A DNA stretch of 64,000 nt, taken from an uncultured Candidatus Saccharibacteria bacterium. Its GTDB lineage: Bacteria; Patescibacteriota; JABMPQ01; JAQVVF01. Every line of letters begins with the position of its first letter. Position 1 is the first letter of the stretch. The notes beneath the pieces were generated by a model. The model was not told where the DNA came from. It saw only the letters and a program-made list of their open reading frames with translations, and made no database searches. The DNA lies in NCBI GenBank assembly GCA_964574655.1, contig CAZNOH010000004.1:2046-66045 (forward strand), given 5' to 3'. Positions 59,500 to 64,000 of this stretch are shown here, piece by piece. A program made the translations under genes and the position numbers.

Positions 59500-60423
59500 T
59501 TAATTATGGGCTTCTTCATGAACTTGTGATGCCATTGTTATAAAAACTAAAGTCAACATTGAGAAAATTAGAGCTTGAATGAAACCAACAAATAATTCCA
59601 TGCCGATAAAAGGAAGGGGCAGTAAATACGGCATTAAAAAAGACATAACTAACAATAAAACCTCGCCAGCAAAGATGTTGCCAAAGAGACGAAAGGAGAA
59701 TGACAGCAGGCGTGAAACTTCGGAAATAATTTCCAAAAGACCGACGGCAAACTGAATTGGGCCGGAAAAATTAAAGAATTTTTTACTGTAAGCTTTAGCG
59801 CCAACAATCATAATGCCAAATATTTGAATACTGACGACAGAAATAATTGCTAAGGCTAGCGTAAAATTCAAATCAGAACTTGGCGAACGAAGAAATGGAA
59901 TAAGATGTTCTTCTTCTTTCGTTTCTTTTTCTTCAGATTTTTTGTCTTCAATTTTTAGAGTATCAGCTTTTTCGGCATTTTCATAGGTGTTAATTGACTT
60001 TTCATCTTTAATTTGTATTTCTTCTTTGTTGGCTTTGGCAATGGCAATCAAGCTTGGCAAACCGGAATTTACATGCTTTTGCTCGCTAACTTCATGCTGA
60101 GGTTTTAAACCAATACTGTCCAGACCTGGCAAGGCTTCAGTCCAATTGCAGGCAATGACAAAAAGAAAAATTGTGGCGACAAGCGGAAAAAATCTGCGAG
60201 TCAATTTTTCACTTTGAGTAATGCCATTAAAAAGTCTAAGCAAAGCTTCAATAATTGTTTCCATGAAATTTTGCAAACCAGATGGAACAAGCTTCATTTT
60301 TCTGGTTGCTAGAATGGAAATAATAATTAAAAAAGCCATTACAATCCAAGTAATGATTAAAGTATTAGTAACTGGCAATGGGCCGATATGAAATAATTCT
60401 TCGGCAACTAATGAAATCTTCAT
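59500..60423 (-). CDS. atpB: ATP synthase Fo a subunit with ~75-aa hydrophilic Lys/Glu-rich insertion in the first periplasmic loop
   Basis: Conserved C-terminal TM helices (RLFGNIFAGE); the insertion is a direct observation. Confidence 0.8.
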   Translation of the reverse strand: MKISLVAEELFHIGPLPVTNTLIITWIVMAFLIIISILATRKMKLVPSGLQNFMETIIEALLRLFNGITQSEKLTRRFFPLVATIFLFVIACNWTEALPGLDSIGLKPQHEVSEQKHVNSGLPSLIAIAKANKEEIQIKDEKSINTYENAEKADTLKIEDKKSEEKETKEEEHLIPFLRSPSSDLNFTLALAIISVVSIQIFGIMIVGAKAYSKKFFNFSGPIQFAVGLLEIISEVSRLLSFSFRLFGNIFAGEVLLLVMSFLMPYLLPLPFIGMELFVGFIQALIFSMLTLVFITMASQVHEEAHN

Positions 60424-60429
60424 GTTAAA

Positions 60430-60687
60430 TTATTTTTTATTTTTTGAATCTGGTTTTTTAGAAACTTCTAAAAATGGCAAAACTGTTTTATAAACGCCAA
60501 TTGTTGATGCAACAATTGAAATAATAAGGCCGATAAAGAGAAATAAAGGAGAGGTCTTGAAATAACGGTCTAAAAATACGCCAGCAACAGTAAAAATTAC
60601 TAATGGAATAACAATTGTATAGCCCATTTGAAATGAGAGTCTTAATGCTGAAAAATCTTTAGGAGCAATTGTTATTTTTTGAGACAT
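60430..60687 (-). CDS. atpI: ATP synthase protein I / AtpZ-like small membrane protein
   Basis: Two-TM 85-aa protein immediately upstream of atpB. Confidence 0.55.
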   Translation of the reverse strand: MSQKITIAPKDFSALRLSFQMGYTIVIPLVIFTVAGVFLDRYFKTSPLFLFIGLIISIVASTIGVYKTVLPFLEVSKKPDSKNKK

Positions 60688-60733
60688 TTAAATGAATAAA
60701 GGCAAAAACCATTATCTGGCTTTTGCCTTTTAA

Positions 60734-61441
60734 TTATTCTTTTTTAGCTTCTTTTTTTACTTCTTTCTTTTCAGGTGCTGCTTTTCCTTCTGTTTCTGTG
60801 CTTTCAGCTTCTGGCTCTTCTTTTTTGACACCTTCAACTTTTTCAACATCTTCTTCAACGTCTTCCTTCAAAGATTCAAGCTCTTTTTCAGAACGAGGAG
60901 GCGTAACTGTTGCAACAACTTCTTCTTGATCTAAAGAAGTTACGACGTTTTGAGGAAGTGGCAAATCTTTTATTTTAATAACATCTTCAAAAGTATTAAG
61001 AGATGAAATATCTACAATAATTTCTTTAAGCAGATCAGCTGGCAAGCATTCAACTTCAATTTCATTGATATTTTTAACTAAAACACCTTCTAAATCTTTT
61101 ATGGCCTTTGATTGACCAATAAATTTCAATTCAACGTTTGCAGTGATCTTTTGAGTCATATCAACTCTTAAAAAATCGATGTGGATAACAGTATCCTTGA
61201 TTGGATCAAATTGAACATCCTTGATAAGTGCATTTTCTTTTTTTCCATCAATGTCCAAGCCAAGAACTGTACTCTCGCCTGCTTCTTTGTATAGCTTGAC
61301 AAAATTATTATATATTAACTCAATATGCAATGGTTTGAAATTTTTTCCATACAAAACAGCTGGAATTAATTTATTTTCTCTCATTTCACTTAAGGATTTT
61401 TTTAAATCTCTTGTTTTTGCTTTCAATATTAGTTCTGGCAT
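60734..61441 (-). CDS. rplY: 50S ribosomal protein L25 / general stress protein Ctc with acidic-Lys-rich C-terminal tail
   Basis: LKAKTRDLKKSLSEMRENKLIPAVLYG N-terminus. Confidence 0.75.
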   Translation of the reverse strand: MPELILKAKTRDLKKSLSEMRENKLIPAVLYGKNFKPLHIELIYNNFVKLYKEAGESTVLGLDIDGKKENALIKDVQFDPIKDTVIHIDFLRVDMTQKITANVELKFIGQSKAIKDLEGVLVKNINEIEVECLPADLLKEIIVDISSLNTFEDVIKIKDLPLPQNVVTSLDQEEVVATVTPPRSEKELESLKEDVEEDVEKVEGVKKEEPEAESTETEGKAAPEKKEVKKEAKKE

Positions 61442-61607
61442 AGGATAGATTAGTTAACAGTTAACAGCCAAGAGTTAACAGAATATGATAACTTAGAAAC
61501 CGCTAACGATTATGAATTTAATAAAATAAAAAAGACTATTTTTCGCAAAATCAATCAAGAATAATTATAGCATCTTTATTTTTTTTGGCAATATTAAATT
61601 CTAAATT

Positions 61608-61937
61608 TTAATGTTTTGTTTTTGACAAATGCTGATAAGCATAGATTACATCGTCAGAATTTATTTCTTTTGCTTTTCTGAATCTTAGAACATCTTCATA
61701 TGTGAGATCAGTAACCAAGCCAATTGAGCTGATGCCCATTGGATTTGCTATTAGACTGGCCAAAACAGAGCATCTGCATTTTTGACAGTAAGCATGGATT
61801 AAGAATGAGTCTTTTTTTTCAGAAATAATTCTCGCTTGATCGATGCTGAATTTGGTATTGCAAAATGGGCAGATGGAAAGCCATTTAACTTTTTCTAGCA
61901 TCTCGTGATTGTTCTTCTTAATATTATCTTCAAGCAT
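61608..61937 (-). CDS. Hypothetical zinc-ribbon protein (CPFC...CQKCRC)
   Basis: 109 aa with two Cys pairs. Confidence 0.4.
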   Translation of the reverse strand: MLEDNIKKNNHEMLEKVKWLSICPFCNTKFSIDQARIISEKKDSFLIHAYCQKCRCSVLASLIANPMGISSIGLVTDLTYEDVLRFRKAKEINSDDVIYAYQHLSKTKH

Positions 61938-62045
61938 ATTTACATTATATATGTAATGGTATTTTTTTCAAGAAATAATTGACGATACTGACTTTTTTTG
62001 TTAAGCTCATACTAGTTCTTTGCAAGAAGGGAGAGGAGGAGAAAA

Positions 62046-62774
62046 ATGGGAAACAGACAGATTAGCATGGATGATGCTCTAGTATTGTTAGCTCAACAAC
62101 AAATAGATCAGTTTAATCAATGGAGGCAACAGAATAGTGTATCAAAAGAAACGCTTGTTATCCCAGGCGATTTTTGTCAGCACTTCAATATGTTTGATTT
62201 TTCTGGCTGTAACTTAAGCGGGGCTAATTGCAGAGGCTTGAAATTGTCTGCAGAAGACGGTAAATTTTTGGTAAAAGCATGCCAAGTGGATTTTTCTTAT
62301 TCTGATTTGAGCGATGCTTATTGCAAAGGCGTTGATTTTTCAGGATCTGATTTTACTGGCACGAAATTGAATGGGACTGATTGCAGATGTTGCAATTTCG
62401 ATCGCTGTAAAATTTCGGCTGAACAGCTCAAATCTTGCAAGATCAGCGATGCAAAATTGACTAGAATTAACTTTAGAGACGGCTTTTCCTCTCAACGTCA
62501 AGATTTGCGCGGAGTAGACTTTTCAGAATCAATTTTTGGAGACTACTCATCACTAGAGAATTGTGATTTGCGAGGAGCAATGTTTTTTGGCACTTATTTG
62601 AAGGCTTCAGCAAAATTTGATGGCGCTAGGTTTTCTGGAAATATTGAAGATCTTGGACTTTCTTTACATCAAATGGATGGACTTAATTTATTGAACAAAT
62701 CAATTCTGCCTCTGCCTTGGCTGACTCTTCTGATGGAATACAGAAAGATGACATTACGATTTCCAAAAAAATAG
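62046..62774 (+). CDS. Pentapeptide-repeat protein (foreign cassette)
   Basis: Tandem A(D/N)LxG-type pentapeptides (FSGCNLSGANCRGLKLS...); RBS gaGAGGAGGagaaaa-ATG; terminator follows. Confidence 0.6.
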   Translation: MGNRQISMDDALVLLAQQQIDQFNQWRQQNSVSKETLVIPGDFCQHFNMFDFSGCNLSGANCRGLKLSAEDGKFLVKACQVDFSYSDLSDAYCKGVDFSGSDFTGTKLNGTDCRCCNFDRCKISAEQLKSCKISDAKLTRINFRDGFSSQRQDLRGVDFSESIFGDYSSLENCDLRGAMFFGTYLKASAKFDGARFSGNIEDLGLSLHQMDGLNLLNKSILPLPWLTLLMEYRKMTLRFPKK

Positions 62775-62788
62775 ACGAACGTTATTTC

Positions 62789-62815
62789 AATCTCACATAT
62801 TTGTGGGATTTTTTA
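62789..62815 (+). terminator. Rho-independent terminator, convergent with the ftsW/rodA stop
   Basis: aatctcaca-tatt-tgtgggatt plus T4. Confidence 0.55.
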
Positions 62816-63934
62816 TTTGAATTCTAAACCCTTATATCTAACAAAGATACTCTGGACAATTCCCAAAGAGATCATGCTGGCAATCATGGCGCTTCCGCCA
62901 TAGCTGACTAGAGGAAGCGGAACTCCAGCAATTGGCATAATGCTTAAATTCATTCCTATATTAACAAGGATCTGGAAAGTAAAACCAATGGCAATTCCAC
63001 AACAAACCATTAATCCAAATTCATCGCGCGCTTTCATGGCGGTTCTTAAGATTCTAAAAATTAGAACAAAAAATAGCACTAATAAAAATGAACTGCCAAT
63101 AAAACCAAGCTCTTCAGAAATTACTGCAAATATAAAATCAGTGTGTTGAGCTGGTAAAAATTTTAATTGGCTTTGACTGCCATGGCCCAAGCCTTGACCT
63201 GTCATTGCTCCTGAACCGATGGCAATTTTGGCTTGAATCATATTATAGCCCTGACCTAGAGGATCTGCTTCAGGATTGATAAAGCTAGTAATTCTATTTT
63301 TTTGATAATCATATAAAAAGAAATTCCAGACAATGGATGTAAGTGCCAAGCCAATAATGACGATTGCTAGAATGTATGATTTTTTTAATCCTGATATCAA
63401 AAGCATTCCAAACCAAGTAACAACCAAAACTAAAGCTGAACCCATATCAGGCTGAAGCATAATTAAAAATGAAGGAATCGCCATGATAATTCCAGAAACA
63501 ATTACGTGTTTTAAAATGCTTTGCTTTTTTGCATTGACAAAATATCTTGCCAATATAACGATTAAAGCAATTTTAATAAATTCTGCTGGCTGGAATTGAA
63601 AAAAACCAAGATTAAACCAGCCCTTGGTGCCTTGAAAAATTGTTCCAAAGAAAAGAACCAAAACTAAAGAAACCGTAAAAATGGTATACAGAATATACGC
63701 GTAGCTTTGAAAAATTCGGTAATCTAGAATTATCATTATAAAGAATAATACTAGACCAAGAACAACAGCAATTATTTGCTTAACAACAAAGTCTTGCAAT
63801 CCTTCTTGATAAGTAGTGCTAATGATCGCTGCTAAACCTAAAACCGCCAATAAAAGCATTGACGAAAATAAAAACCAATCAAGTTTTTTAAAAATTTGAA
63901 GAAACTTGAGCATAAAAAAATTTTCAATTATCAA
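62813..63934 (-). CDS. ftsW: SEDS-family peptidoglycan glycosyltransferase FtsW/RodA
   Basis: 10-TM SEDS topology; conserved C-terminal region. Confidence 0.8.
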   Translation of the reverse strand: MIIENFFMLKFLQIFKKLDWFLFSSMLLLAVLGLAAIISTTYQEGLQDFVVKQIIAVVLGLVLFFIMIILDYRIFQSYAYILYTIFTVSLVLVLFFGTIFQGTKGWFNLGFFQFQPAEFIKIALIVILARYFVNAKKQSILKHVIVSGIIMAIPSFLIMLQPDMGSALVLVVTWFGMLLISGLKKSYILAIVIIGLALTSIVWNFFLYDYQKNRITSFINPEADPLGQGYNMIQAKIAIGSGAMTGQGLGHGSQSQLKFLPAQHTDFIFAVISEELGFIGSSFLLVLFFVLIFRILRTAMKARDEFGLMVCCGIAIGFTFQILVNIGMNLSIMPIAGVPLPLVSYGGSAMIASMISLGIVQSIFVRYKGLEFK

Positions 63935-64000
63935 TATTCAATTTTCAATGTTCAATTCGTTCGTTTGAAAATTGATTCATTGATAATTTAATGTAAATTG

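Overview
The window is a gene-dense, very AT-rich bacterial segment whose native genes lack Shine-Dalgarno sequences; the repertoire and style look like a Candidate Phyla Radiation / Parcubacteria-type genome (inference). Native content, mostly on the minus strand: a dcw cluster (mraZ-rsmH-ftsL-ftsI-murF), rplJ-rplL, mltG, a sugar-1-P nucleotidyltransferase, trxB, cca, a U32 peptidase, NYN proteins, tRNA-Trp/Thr/Tyr/Thr, rpmG, rpsB...truD...tsf-pyrH-ricT, an Elp3-like/Trm9-like pair, rpmE-prfA...prmC, a complete F1Fo ATP synthase operon (atpZ-B-E-F-H-A-G-D-C), L25/Ctc and FtsW/RodA. Three signal classes stand out. (1) At least 13 compositionally foreign CDS (GC about 40-65% against a background near 30%), each with a strong GGAGG Shine-Dalgarno and usually its own hairpin terminator, sit as single-gene cassettes between native genes. 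They include a CsrA island, a 65%-GC two-cassette island, a Zn-ribbon PRPP-synthetase-like protein, an NYN+OST-HTH protein, a pentapeptide-repeat protein and several GGA-rich leader/sRNA-like elements. (2) Families of AT-rich imperfect palindromes, some with a CGACGA core, fill the intergenic spacers. Three of them carry IVS-type small genes (two four-helix-bundle proteins and one GxxExxY protein) and are inserted inside essential operons (dcw, tsf-pyrH, atp). (3) Several GC-rich hairpin families recur: a 27-nt family flanking atpH, an R1/R2 structured element with covariation, paired gcacataa hairpins in the rplJ and rpsB leaders, and CCTGCC-N8-GGCAGG hairpins. No CRISPR array or rRNA is present.
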